Assembly: GCF_009914755.1 (NCBI RefSeq)
Contig: NC_060928.1
Direction: 5' to 3' (one strand)
DNA from: the human T2T-CHM13v2.0 reference genome, Homo sapiens
DNA: 64,000 nt
In this document: positions 13,921-27,370 of the stretch, piece by piece
Layout of the letters: every line of letters starts with the position of its first letter
How positions within the stretch are numbered: position 1 is the stretch's first letter
The notes under the pieces: model-generated
Database searches by the model: none
What the model was told of the DNA's origin: nothing
Seen by the model: only the letters and a program-made list of their open reading frames with translations
Program-made: the position numbers and the translations under genes

Positions 13921-14430
13921 ACGGAATTTCAGAGCTTAAAAACCAGTCTTTTGAGCTAACCCAGTTGGACAAAAATTAAAACAAACAAACAAAAAAGAAA
14001 CTAATTTTTAAAAATGAACAAGTCCTTGAGAAACATTAGATAATATAACTAAATTTACAAATTATTGGCATTCCTGAGTGAGATGGAGAAAAAGTAAATA
14101 ACTTGGAAAACATATTTGAGGGAATAATTCAAGAAAATTTCCTAATCTTGCTAGAGAGGTAAACATTCAGATACAAGAAATCAAGAGAACACCTGTGAGA
14201 TACTATATAAAATTAACAGCACCAAGGTATATGGTCATCAGACTGTTCAAGGTCAAAACTAAAGAAAAAAATCTTAAAGGCAGCTAGAGAAAAATGTCAG
14301 ATCATATACAAAGGGAACAAAAGGAACCCCATCAGGCTACCAGCCGAATTCTCAACCGAAACCTTCCATCTAGCAGAGACTGGGGACTTATTTTCAGCAT
14401 TTGTTTAAAAAAAAAACGAAATTCCAACCA
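13921..14430 (+). mobile_element. L1 ORF1 fragment (L1PB/old L1PA-like)
   Basis: TTGGAAAACATATTTGAGGGAATAATTCAAGAAAATTTCC and AATCTTAAAGGCAGCTAGAGAAAAA match ORF1. Confidence 0.85.
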
Positions 14431-14854
14431 TGACTTAATTTTAAATTCACAAATTCTGACTAAGCCAATGGAAACTTAGTGAGGGTGTGCTCCTGGCGAA
14501 TATACAAAGAGGGGTTAGGCAAAATAATATGACTTTAAGCCCAGCTGTCTTAAGGGAGCTCCTGAACTTATCTGTCATGCCTGAGGGAATGTTCACATAA
14601 AAGAGATGTAGTCTCAAGGTGAATATGTCATAAAAAAGGATAAGGACATTTGTTCTAATATAAAATCAGCCACGGAAAGTAGTCATTTGACAACTTACCC
14701 CCTGAGACTAATTCAACAGACCCATCATGAATGATACATGAAAACTAACTTGCCTGTCTTAACTAAGTCCTGGCTAAAGAACAAAGAGAAAAGAACAGGC
14801 TATAAGAAGTAAGGCCAAAAGCCAAGTTAAAAGAGTCATACTGCAAGAGTTGGA

Positions 14855-15150
14855 GTGTTTATCTATACATGCATATGCACATGTGTATGTTATACTTCTG
14901 GGTTTATATATACGTATGCATGTTTATATATACATATGCATTGTATATGTATGAATGTGTATATATATACACCAATATGCATGTATATACACATTTATAT
15001 ATATATTTATATATACATATACCTGTTTATATATACATATGCATGCATATGCATTACTTATATTTCCAAATGTATAGACACACCAATATACTTGATGTGT
15101 ATATTATACGTCGTGTATTATTAAATATATATAATCTTATTATTTATATA
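14855..15150. repeat. Degenerate (TA/CA/TG)n low-complexity tract
   Basis: About 300 bp of TATA/TACA/TGCA units. Confidence 0.85.
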
Positions 15151-15249
15151 TTAAATTGCTTTGCTAAAAATCTATTGGATTCAGAGATCTTTGATGTAAA
15201 CTTTTAAACTCCACAAAAACTATCTTTGAATAAAATATTGCCAAAGGAA

Positions 15250-16070
15250 TAGGTAATTCAGAAAAGTAAAAATAAAGAAATGGGTAATAAATATTTGAGA
15301 AGATGCTCAACTTCATTAATATTCAAAAATGCTAATAAAATGAGAACTATTTTACTGGTAAAATTGGTTTAAAAATGATATCAAGTATTGGTGAAAATGC
15401 AGGGAAACTGTAATTCCCATCATTGCTGCTGGGAATATAAATTGGCTTAACCACTGTGGGAACAGTTTGGAAGAAACTGTAAACTAGCAAAATTTAAAGT
15501 TACGTATACTCTCAATCTAGGAATTATACTTATAAACTCACTGGAAAAACCTTACCTGGAGTTAAATAGGAAGTGGTTTACTGCTGAATTATTTTTAGTA
15601 GTGAGAGTTGTAAATAATGTAATTCCATCAACAGAGAACAATCTAAATATTTTCATGTGCTAGACTTTTGATCCAGATCTCTTTAAATGTTTATGTTAGT
15701 AGATGTTAAAAACATAATACTGAATGAACAAAGCAAGTTATAGGCTATGTATGCTATAGCACAATTACATATATTTTTTTTTAAATCCAAAAAACACTGT
15801 GTCATATGTATATGTATTTTTATATAAAAATAGGATGGAGACATATAAACTAAATTCATGGTAGTTGATGACTCTAGGTAGATGGAGGAAGGGAGTAGGA
15901 ATGTGAATAGGATGAGAAACAGAGGGATTTCCTTTCTATTTCCAATGCTTTCGTTCTTTTAAGACAGATAAATCAAATATAACGATATTAACAAGAGTTA
16001 ATTCTGGAGAGTGGTTTCATGGACTTTGATACTTCAATACATTGTATTTCTGTATGTTTTGATGTCTTTC
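15250..16070 (+). mobile_element. Ancient L1ME 3' region
   Basis: AGATGCTCAACTTCATTAATA, GTATTGGTGAAAATGCAGGGAAACTG, ACATAATACTGAATGAACAAAGCAAG. Confidence 0.7.
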
Positions 16071-16859
16071 TAAAAAGCAGAAGTAAGTTATCTTTGAGAA
16101 AATGTAAGCACTAATGATGGTTGATAAATGAAGACATAGCTTCATCTTTGTATCTATCTTATAATTATCTCAATTATGGCACAGTGTCTCCAAAACATAC
16201 TATGAATTTCTGTATCAGTGCAATATGTAATTTTCCTTCATTTTCTTAAAATATGTTTTGCATCTTGTAAGTTAGTAAATTTAAATTACTGAAGACATGA
16301 AACCATGCTAATAACAGACTGTGAGCATAATTAATCTTTGTGTGCTGGGTAAAATTGCGTCCAGCCTTGTGTGACATTTAATTACAAAAAAAAAAAGCCT
16401 AATCAAGTAAAGCATATAATCTCAGAATTACTGCTTAGGTTCAACTTGTGAAATTACAGAAAAAGATTTCAGTCCTATCCCCACTCTCCTATGCTATTAA
16501 TTGAGGCAACAGTTTTCATTGTTTAAAATTGTACACTTAATATTAGTTAGAAAAAATTAGAGAGTATGTATCATCAGTATATTTACTTATTCATTCATTA
16601 TTTTATCATTTGTACATATGTGCTATATCAATTGGTATCAAATACCAGAAAAAGTTTAATGTTTTTCTATTTTTATACATAAACAGACATTCCAGTAATG
16701 TCATTCTAAACATGTCAATGAATCATCTCACACTATTTTGGAGACCACAGAACTATAGAATCATGTATAAATTTATTTGCATCCATTATGCTCTCTAATC
16801 TGGCTCTATGGATATTGTTCAACATCTCTTTTGTCCTGCTATTTCTACTGCTACTAATA

Positions 16860-16939
16860 TTAGGTAGGTGCAAAAGTAATTGTGGTTTCTACCATTCCTT
16901 TTAACGATGAAAATCACAATTACTCCGGCACCAACCTAA
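16860..16939. mobile_element. Made1 mariner-derived MITE, full length
   Basis: 80 bp TTAGGTAGGTGCAAAAGTAATTG...CAATTACTCCGGCACCAACCTAA flanked by TA on both sides. Confidence 0.95.
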
Positions 16940-18259
16940 TACTTAACACTTACTGACCCGTATGAAAGTTGGTGCTTTTGGCCACTAGCCTACTTAGCTT
17001 TGCACTAATTCCTGACGTAAAACCTATGCTATAACCAAAACTTTTTTGTATCAAATTGTTCACCCTACCTAACATATTTTACTAAACCTTTTTAATCCAC
17101 CCATAGGCTAATTTCCTTGAACCTTCTTCCTATAAGACTTCTGGCCATGATGTTATTAAATTGTGAATCTAATTCATATTACGTGGCATTGATTTCCCCC
17201 TCCTTTTTTTCATATTTTGAAGCCATAGTTTGCACATTCCTGGAAAGCTCCCTTCAATAGTCCCATTTCAATGTGGTCTTGAGGGTGCATGGGCCATGTC
17301 AGTTCTGCTCAGGATTGAAAGTGTAGCACACAGTATAAGGACTAGCTGCTCCATAAATATTTCTTGAAAGAATAAATAAACCTAAGACTATATGTTTATA
17401 GAGAATATTTAATAAAATATGGATACATGAATTTTTAAAATGCAGATTCAGATTTACTGTACTATGAGTTTTATGGTTTGAGCATTTCATATCTTCTAGA
17501 TTTCTTTGGACATCTTTTAGCTGAAGGTCAGAACAACAGTAAAAAGTATTAGGATTATCTAGAGAAAAGTGCTTTGCTCCTTGGCAAACACAAGCTTGAA
17601 TTCAATCATTCCTGAGAAGAAAGAGTGAGTAGAACTAAAAGACAACTGCTAAAGCCAAATCTTTAGTTAAACTTCAAGAAAAAAAAAAAAACAGAGCTAA
17701 ATTTACATTTTAAAAAATTGGCTATAATGGAATCTGGAAAAAAGTTGTGTATATTTAAAATTCTCTATCATTGATCAGTTTCTTTTGGTTTTACTCAATA
17801 CTATCTTTAAAATATTGCAAATGATAAAACTCATCTGCAGGTGACACTTTTTGCCCAAGTATCATTAAAAAAAAGGTGTACTTCTGAGTAAACTAATTGT
17901 GATGATATGTAATCTGTTGAAACCGGAGAAAATGTATCCTCTTGACTATGTAATATATAGAAAACTAAATGAGTTTTCCAATTATGATTAATAAAACTTG
18001 ATTCTTTTTTTATGAGTTCTATAGATAAAAAGTAGCACACACCCTTTTTTTTCTTTCCTGTTTTTGCACCATTTAGTACTTTCTGTAAGGATGACTAATT
18101 TCTGTTTAACCTCTGAAGTAACTGAAAAGTGAAGTATTTAGGGAGGGTGGTGCGGGGGTGAATTGCAAAAACTCACGGTGCAGATGTATTACCCTTTGAG
18201 ATACTGCTTTGACCCTATACTGGAGACTGTATGTTAGAAAATGGGAGCCAAACAATGTG

Positions 18260-18462
18260 CAGATAAAAACTAAGAACCTTGTCTCACAGCATCTACATTC
18301 TGTGGGATTCAGTTTTGTCCTACTGATTCTCCTTGCGTATTTATTTTACACAGGAAATCTGTTGGAAGTCAGACCCTAGACTTTCATATGACAGCTCTGT
18401 GCCTACTGCCTCCGAAAATACTTCCCCTCCCATTAGGCAGGATGGCTGTATTCAATAACATT
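18260..18462 (+). repeat. Dispersed ~200 bp duplication, copy 1
   Basis: Aligns end to end with 21230-21423 at about 90% identity by eye. Confidence 0.95.
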
Positions 18463-18691
18463 GTTTATACTGGAATCTATCTCACCCCCTCCTATCTCAT
18501 GATAGTCTGTGGTGATACATGTTCCATTTTCTCAATCAGCCTTCCCCTGAGGGAGTCTCAATCTTCTAACACATGGGATATTTACAGATCTGTGGTCTCT
18601 TGCCTAAACTTCATCAAGGTGAGAATTTTTTTTCTCTTTGCACTTTGTCCAACAGAGCCCAGGTTCAAAAAGTGTTGAAAATTCTTATGTC

Positions 18692-19164
18692 CACATGCAC
18701 ACGTATGTTTATTGCATCACTATTCACAATAGCAAAGACTTGGAACCAACCCAAATGTCCAACAACGATAGACTGGATTAAGAAAATGTGGCACATATAC
18801 ACCATGGAATACTATGCAGCCATAAAAAATGATGAGTTCATGTCCTTTGCAGGGACATGGATGAAGCTGCAAACCATCATTCTCAGCAAACTATCGCAAG
18901 GCCAAGAAACCAAACACCGCATGTTCTCACTCATAGGTGGGAAATGAACAATGAGAACACTTGGACACCGGAAGGGGAACATCACACACCTGGGCCTGTC
19001 GTGAGAGTGGGGGAAGGGGGGAGGGATAGCATTAGGAGATATACCTAATGTTAAATGATGAGTTAATGGGTGCAGCACACCAACATGGCACATGTATACA
19101 TATGTAACAAACCTGCACGTTGTGCACTTGTACCCTAAAACTTAAAGTATAATAAAAAAAAAGA
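18692..19164 (+). mobile_element. 5'-truncated L1PA (about L1PA4)
   Basis: ORF2 end plus young 3' UTR and poly(A); 17-bp TSD GAAAATTCTT(A/G)T(G/A)TCCA at 18677-18693 and 19165-19181. Confidence 0.95.
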
Positions 19165-19609
19165 GAAAATTCTTGTATCCAAAGCATATTTTGTACAGTC
19201 ACAATGTCTTTATATTTTATAGTCAATTTCAATGCTTTAGGCATAATACACTTTTGATTCTACTGTTTATGCTTTTGGATAATGTTTCTAGCCCCAGATT
19301 CCTGGATGAGCACCAAAATGCATGAAGAGGGTGTAGTGAATGTGATCGTCACTTTCTATGCAGTTGGCTATTCATGCTCTCCATATTAATCCATAGATTG
19401 AGCTTTATTACACCAAATTGGGCTTATCAGCTATCAGCTGACCGGTGATGATTTCAAGATCTTACTTAGTAGATCTTCTGGCACATCTTACTCCTGGGGC
19501 TTCTCTTAGGAGGGAGTTTTTAATGGGTGAGCGTTTTCTTGGATAAGAAGCATCTTGAAGAAGGGAAGCAGGGCATCGTTGGTATTCTCCTCATTTTTTG
19601 TGTTTGTCC

Positions 19610-20029
19610 CCAACATAGGCTGGCCAATCAAAATATTCTAGCTTTCTAGTCACAGTAAATACTTAGTGTGGCCTAGGGAGCTGACTAAAACCAAGTAAAG
19701 AGACACCATTGTAACCTGGCACTTTTGCCAGATCCTATGAAAAATAGATCTTCTTCCATAAGATATAAGCCTAGCAATCCTGGTAGCCATCTCATCACTA
19801 TTGGAGAAAAAATCTAGCTTACATCAAGGGAAGCGAGAAGGAAAACAGAGCCAAAAATTAAAAGGAGATATTTCTAACATCATTTGAGCATCTGGATCAG
19901 CCACATCATACATGAATAGACCACTGGAGTTTTCAGTTTCATTATCCAATTGTCCATTGTCCCCTCTTCTGCCTAAGCTATTTTGAGTTGAGTTTCTGTG
20001 ACTTGCAGCCAAGACTTTTGAAATATACA
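19610..20029 (+). mobile_element. MLT1 (K/L-like) MaLR LTR
   Basis: CATCATTTGAGCATCTGGATCAGCC and TTTGAGTTGAGTTTCTGTGACTTGCAGCCAAG motifs. Confidence 0.7.
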
Positions 20030-20392
20030 CCACCTACTTTCTCCAGAGATCAAAGTGGGCCACTCCAAGATTTCTAAGTGCCAGAGAGCCTAGAATTTGA
20101 TCACTAAGCCAAGAACATTGTGAGTGACTTTCCCTAGGAATAGCCTCCTCCTATCCACTCTATCAAAGTTTCTCCCAAGGGAGAGGGAGGTGGGAAAGCA
20201 TCCAGAAATGATAGCATGTGGGAAGTAAGTGAAATATTTGAGCCTCTCCCGAATCATCATATGTAGAAAAAGTAGAATAGAAAAATGTATATATTAATGG
20301 TAAAAAAGTGACTTGAGGACATTCAACTCCAAATGAATCTTGTCTTCCTCTCAGTATTAGGAAAATACTAATGGGTTTCCTATTTGTAAAGA

Positions 20393-20610
20393 TAAATAAC
20401 ACTTACTGAGAGCTTATTATTATCCAAGTATTATTTGAATTCAGTTAATCCTCACATAAACTCTTTGAAGTAGTTACAATTATTATTCTCAGTTTGCAGA
20501 TGAGGGAGTTAAGGGCTTAAGTAACTTGCTGAATGTCATGCAGCTAGTAAATTGGCAGAGCCATGAGTTGAAACACTATGGCTCCTGAGTATGAATCTAG
20601 TCTTGCCCTC
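20393..20610 (-). mobile_element. MIR
   Basis: TTAATCCTCACA...TTTGCAGATGAGG...AAGTAACTTGCTGAATGTCATGCAGCTAGTAAA. Confidence 0.8.
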
Positions 20611-21229
20611 TATACATTTATTATCAATTAAGGAAAGGAACAGATATCAGTAACACCTTCTAGACAAAAAACAGATTCCAAAATAATCATAACAATTCTA
20701 TGTCAATGAACAAATATATGTAGAAAAAGGACCTATTGAATAAAATTATCTTTGCATTGTAGTAGAAGTATTTATCTCTTCCCAAAGATTCAACGGAATG
20801 CCCCTTTAAAAATATATTCTCAAATTCACTAGCTATTACGAGTTTAAGTTGGATGTATTTATTGGCTTTATCTGGGTAGAAGGGAAAATCCTAGGTAGAT
20901 GCCATTCATTGATACTCTGCCCAGTGAGATAAGCTTTGACCGTCGGATGGAGACTCTTAATAGAAAGAAAAAAAAAAAAGGTAAAAAAATATGCAGCTAA
21001 AGCAATAAAAGAAAAAATTTAGCTCCAATTTTGCTTATTTGGTTCTATTCATCCTTTATGTGTAGAAATTTATCCTACTTGCTATCATAAAACATGTTTG
21101 AGCTGCTGTTAGCATAAACAACTTTCTTTTTAAATTTCTCTTCTTTTTTTTTCCTATTCCTTTTCCCTTTTTCTTGTTCCTTACATGCATTCAGTTGTAT
21201 AGATTGAATGCATGTTGTCCATACAACTT

Positions 21230-21423
21230 CAGATAAAACTAAGAACCTTGTCTCACAGCATCTGCATTCTGTGGGATTCAGTTTCATCCTGCTGAATCTC
21301 CGTGTATTTATTTCACACAGAAAATCAATTGGCAGTCAAACCCTAGACTTTCATATTACAGCTGTGTGCCTCAGAAAAATACTTCCCCTCACATTAGGCA
21401 GGACGGCTATATTCAATAACATT
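21230..21423 (+). repeat. Dispersed ~200 bp duplication, copy 2
   Basis: Aligns with 18260-18462. Confidence 0.95.
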
Positions 21424-21602
21424 ATACACTAAAATTTGTTTGCTTGCTGAAAGTAACCTACAGGGCATTCCCAGAAAGAAGGTATAATACTTTCTCCATA
21501 TTTTCAGTTAAAGCCTAACCACTGTTCTTTAGCCTTCTTACATAATGTGTCATTCAGTCTTTCCTTTGACCCTATCAAGAAATGATTATCTTTAAAGCAA
21601 AA

Positions 21603-21866
21603 ATATTAATTGGCATGTAGTAATCATGCATATTTAGGGGGTACATAGTGATGTTTCTATACATATAAAATATGGTAATCAGATCAAGGTAATTAGCATA
21701 TTCATCATCTTGAGCATTTATCATTTACTTGTGCTGAGAACATTCAATATCTTCCTTCTAGCTATTTGAAACTATCTAATATATCATTGTTAACTATAGT
21801 CACCCTACAGTAGTATTGGATACTAGAGTTTATTCCCCTATCTAGCAATAATTTTGCATTCCTTGA
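21603..21866 (-). mobile_element. L1MA 3' end fragment
   Basis: GGGGTACATAGTGATGTTT...TTGTTAACTATAGTCACCCTACAGT. Confidence 0.8.
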
Positions 21867-22452
21867 TGCAAAAATGAATTTTTTAGATGATGATATCATA
21901 GCTCATGGAGGCAAGGTATGCAAAAGTAACCTTGCATTTTGCTCAAAAGTTTATGTTGTAAAGTTTAAATGGGAAACACCTATGTAGACTGTTTCATTAG
22001 CATAGGGCACAGCACACAGTGTTACTGTCAGCCTCCATGCAGACATTCAATGTTCAACAGCTTCCAGTTTGGCTACTCTCATCCCAGTGTAGGCACTATT
22101 TAATGAGCCAGTTACAAGTCATGCCTCTGCTCAAATCCTTTCATGTCTTTCTGTTCTACTCAGACTTAAACCCAGTGTCTTCACGATGGCCTGCTGGGTC
22201 TTATGAAATCTGATCCCAACCACATCTCCAAGTTTATTTCTTACATGCTATTCCTCCTTCTCTCCAGACACACCATATGTTCTCCTTTTTGAATGTGTCA
22301 AGGTCACCCCCACCTCAAGTCCTCTGCACTCATGTTCCTTCTGCCTTGGATGCCTTTAGCCCCAGACATCCAAATGACACATTTCCTCAATTTCTTCATG
22401 TCTCTCATCACATACCTCATCAGAAAGATCTTTTCTGATCACCTAATCTAAG

Positions 22453-23073
22453 TGTTACCAGAAAGGGGTCCCAGTTCAGACCCCAAGAGAGGGCTCTTGG
22501 ATCTTGAGCAAGAATTCAGGGTGAGGTCCACAAAGTGAAAGTAAGTTTATTAAGAAAATAAAAGAATAAAGAACGGCTACTACACAGGCAGAGCAGCAGC
22601 TTGGGCCACTCAGCTGCTTATACTTATTGGTACTTCTTGATCACATGCTAAACACCAAGTGGATTATTCATGAGTTTTCTGGGAATGGGCAATTCCTGGA
22701 ACTAAGGGTTCCTCTCCTTTTCAGACCATATAGGGTAACTTCCTGACATTGCATTGGCATTTGTAAACTGTCATGGTGCTGGGGGGAGTGTCTTTTAGCA
22801 TACTAATGCATTATAATTAGCATATAATGATCAGTGAGGATGACCAGAGGTCACTCTTGTCACCACCTTGGTTTTGGTGGATTTTGACCGGCTTCTTTAT
22901 TGCAACCTGCTTTATCAGCAAGGTCTTTATGACCTGTATCACATGCCTACCTCCTATCTCATCCTGTGACTTAGCATGCCTTAATCTCCTGGGAATGCAG
23001 CCTCGTAGTTCTCAGCCTTATTTTACCCAGCCCCTATCAAAATGGAGTTGCCATGGTTCAAACACCTCTGACA
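22453..23073 (-). mobile_element. MER41 (MER41B-like) ERV1 solo LTR
   Basis: Minus strand starts TGTCAGAGGTGTTTGAACC and ends GGGACCCCTTTCTGGTAACA; near-TSD TAAG/TAAT. Confidence 0.92.
22677..22701. promoter_or_regulatory. Tandem GAS (STAT) motifs in MER41
   Basis: TTCTGGGAA 22677-22685 and TTCCTGGAA 22693-22701 both fit TTCNNNGAA; activity not shown. Confidence 0.6.
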
Positions 23074-23271
23074 TAATGAATCACCTCATTATTTTCTGTT
23101 CCCTTGCTTAACTTCATGTTTCCTTATAGCATTAATAATACTCAACATAGTAAGTACATTTATTTGCTATATTGGATAGAACCATTGCACCTCTATCCAC
23201 TTATTGTTGCTTCTCTGTTCACACATATCAGAAGAAGTACAATAAACAACTATACATGCTTGCATAATAGA

Positions 23272-24516
<1,245 letters not shown>

Positions 24517-24519
24517 TAG

Positions 24520-25143
24520 TGAAGTGGCATCATTGTCTAGGGTAAATACCTGGGGTTTGTCATCTCACTCCAAGAAGGTTAACGACAGGGACACATATGA
24601 GTGGGATAAGGAGTGGAAAGTTTAATAGGCAAAAGAAAGGAGAGAGGAGAGCCTCTCTCTCTCTTGCAAGAGAGAGGCTTCTGAAAGGGAAAAGGCCAGC
24701 CTGCTGCGGACGACAGGTTTTATAGGCAGGCTTGAGGAGGGGTATCTGATGTACATATGGCCCACAGATTCGTTCCACCAGGTGTGACGTTTACACAGTG
24801 CCCAGGGAAGGCTAGTTTGCCCCACCCTAATCTTATAAGGCAAATGGGCTTTCCACCTGGCCAGTGTCGTCGTCTCTACTCCTTACTGTACACGTGGCTG
24901 GCAAAGAGAAGAGAAGATGGAGTCGCCATTTTGAACATGTCTAGTCAGAGGTAGTATTTTCCTATTGGCGCAACTGCCTACATTTGCCTGTGCAAGCTTC
25001 CAGCTTGCTTGTCTTTGTCTGCAGATCGATTTTACAGGCTGCTCTTTGATATGAGGACTGCTTTTTATTAAAACGAAAACCTTACCAAGGACTCCTGTAC
25101 CCTCACTATCTGCCCAAGTAATCTCTTCTTAACTCCTGTATCC
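24520..25143 (-). mobile_element. LTR9-family ERV1 solo LTR
   Basis: Minus strand GATACAGGAGTTAAGAAG...GATGCCACTTCA; perfect 4-bp TSD GTAG at 24516-24519 and 25144-25147. Confidence 0.85.
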
Positions 25144-25254
25144 GTAGGTGTCATGAGAGACAGTACTCTATTTTGTTCACTGTTGGATCTTCAACATGTA
25201 CAACAGGCTTGACACAAAGCTCAATACAGCTATCTAGGTGGAATAAATGCCTGT

Positions 25255-25578
25255 GGCACATACCTGCCATCTAGAGATTACATAGACCATCATGGTTTGT
25301 ATTTAGTTGGAGGCAGGTGACTAAGTTCTGGCCAAATATGTAAACAGAAGTGATCTACAAAACCCAATTCTCTCCATCTCTTTTTTTCTTTCCCCTACAG
25401 GCTGGAACTTGGACATTACAGATGAGCCAGCTCTGACCAAATGGATGGTGAAAATGCAGCAAAACCTTGTTCTTGAATAACTTCATGAAGCAGATTCGCT
25501 TACCCACTCTGGACCATAAGTTTTTCTTGAATTTGGGATCTCTTATACAGAAGCTTATCCAGAACCCTGCCTAATACA
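25255..25578 (+). mobile_element. MLT1 (I/J-like) LTR relic
   Basis: GTGACTAAGTTCTGGCCAA...CAGAAGTGA and CTAATACA end. Confidence 0.55.
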
Positions 25579-27026
25579 GAGCCTAAATTAAGATAGCTTT
25601 ACTTGGCATGAAGAAAAGAAGAATCATTTTAGAGTTTTTTAGGAAATCAAAATAATAAGCCTAGGTGACTGATGGGCTCTGTCAAGAATGGAAGATGAGG
25701 TAACAGAAATGACCCTGAAGTTTTTAACTTAGAGAATGGGGACGAGGGTAATGCCATTAATCAAGTGACAAAGACGTTTCTATCAGGCAGGAGGAGTGGA
25801 AAGGTGAGTCATGTTATGAATATGTTAAAGTGGAGCTGCTCTGTAACATCAAGGTGAAGATTTCCAATGAATTTTTCATTCCCTGCTTCCACTGGAACAG
25901 CTACAAATGGATTTGTGATGTCTACGTTTACCCTTAAGGTAGGATTGGTTTTGTGCCTAAAAATAAGTGTGTAGTTCATAGGAAAGGTGGAAAGTTCTCT
26001 CATGCAATCAGAAATAAAAGATCAAAGATGGATGGATAGGTAGAGAGACAGACAATGTAAATATCTTACATTATGTGCACAGACAGACAATATATCTACA
26101 CTAATTGCAAATAATATATATATCTTGCCTTTTTCTTAGACCAAATACTCATATTAATTTACTCTGTAACTTGAATAAAGGAAGCACATTTTAGGAACTG
26201 CAAGCATTCTTAAATGTAACTTAACATTGATCCCTTTGATTACCGAGGATGTATAGTTCCCCCAAAAATGTTTCTAAAAATCAGTATCTTCTCTTTTTAA
26301 ACTTTTACTAGAGAAATACCACAACATATGTAAACAACTTTTTTAAAAGTAGCAGTTTTTCCTTGACAATATTTTAAAAGTAGTAAAATATTTCGTGCAC
26401 CATGAATTTCACCCATAAATATGCACTCGCACACGCACGTGTGCTCACACACAAGCATAGTCACACATGGTGTCTCCTGAATTAACATCAGTTGTTATCG
26501 GAAACCTCAGGCCCAAAGCAAAATGTTATACAGATCTTTGAAAAAACAAATGCTGTTATAGCTCCCAAAAGTGTTAGAATTCAGCATAATGTAGCTGAGT
26601 TAATTATAGCCCACTAGGTAAAGAACTTAATGACTCACGTATGTTGAGGTTAATGTTCAAGTCTTTTGTTCACTACCACTCTGCATTTGAGAGCAAGAAG
26701 ATTGAGGTGGTGAGAGAAGAGAAGGACTCAAGGTGGAGAAAGCAAAGCCCGACCACAGTAGATTTCCCCAGGGTACCAAGATAATCAACTGCTGAAAAGA
26801 CAAGCTCCAGTTCACACATGGGAGCTAGGTTGTCTACAACTAAGTCACACCACATTTTCTATGAAAAGGGACTAGCTTTTCACTCCGCAAAGGAAGCACA
26901 GGAAAGCCTTTAAGAGTCCTATTAGAACTAGAATTCACTTTCAGTGTTGCTAAGAGTGGGGCAATTGAGAAAGACAATGTGGCATTCATCTTGTGCTGCT
27001 CCTCCAATGAAGAAAAAATAAATTGG

Positions 27027-27370
<344 letters not shown>

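Noticed and set aside
14855-15207. Tyr/Ile/Cys/Met-rich ORFs
   Set aside because: Translations of a dinucleotide low-complexity tract
18388-21432. Two ORFs sharing the peptide KILPLxLGRxAxFNNI, suggesting paralogous exons
   Set aside because: Explained by the DNA duplication; indels shift the frame between copies and no splice structure is evident
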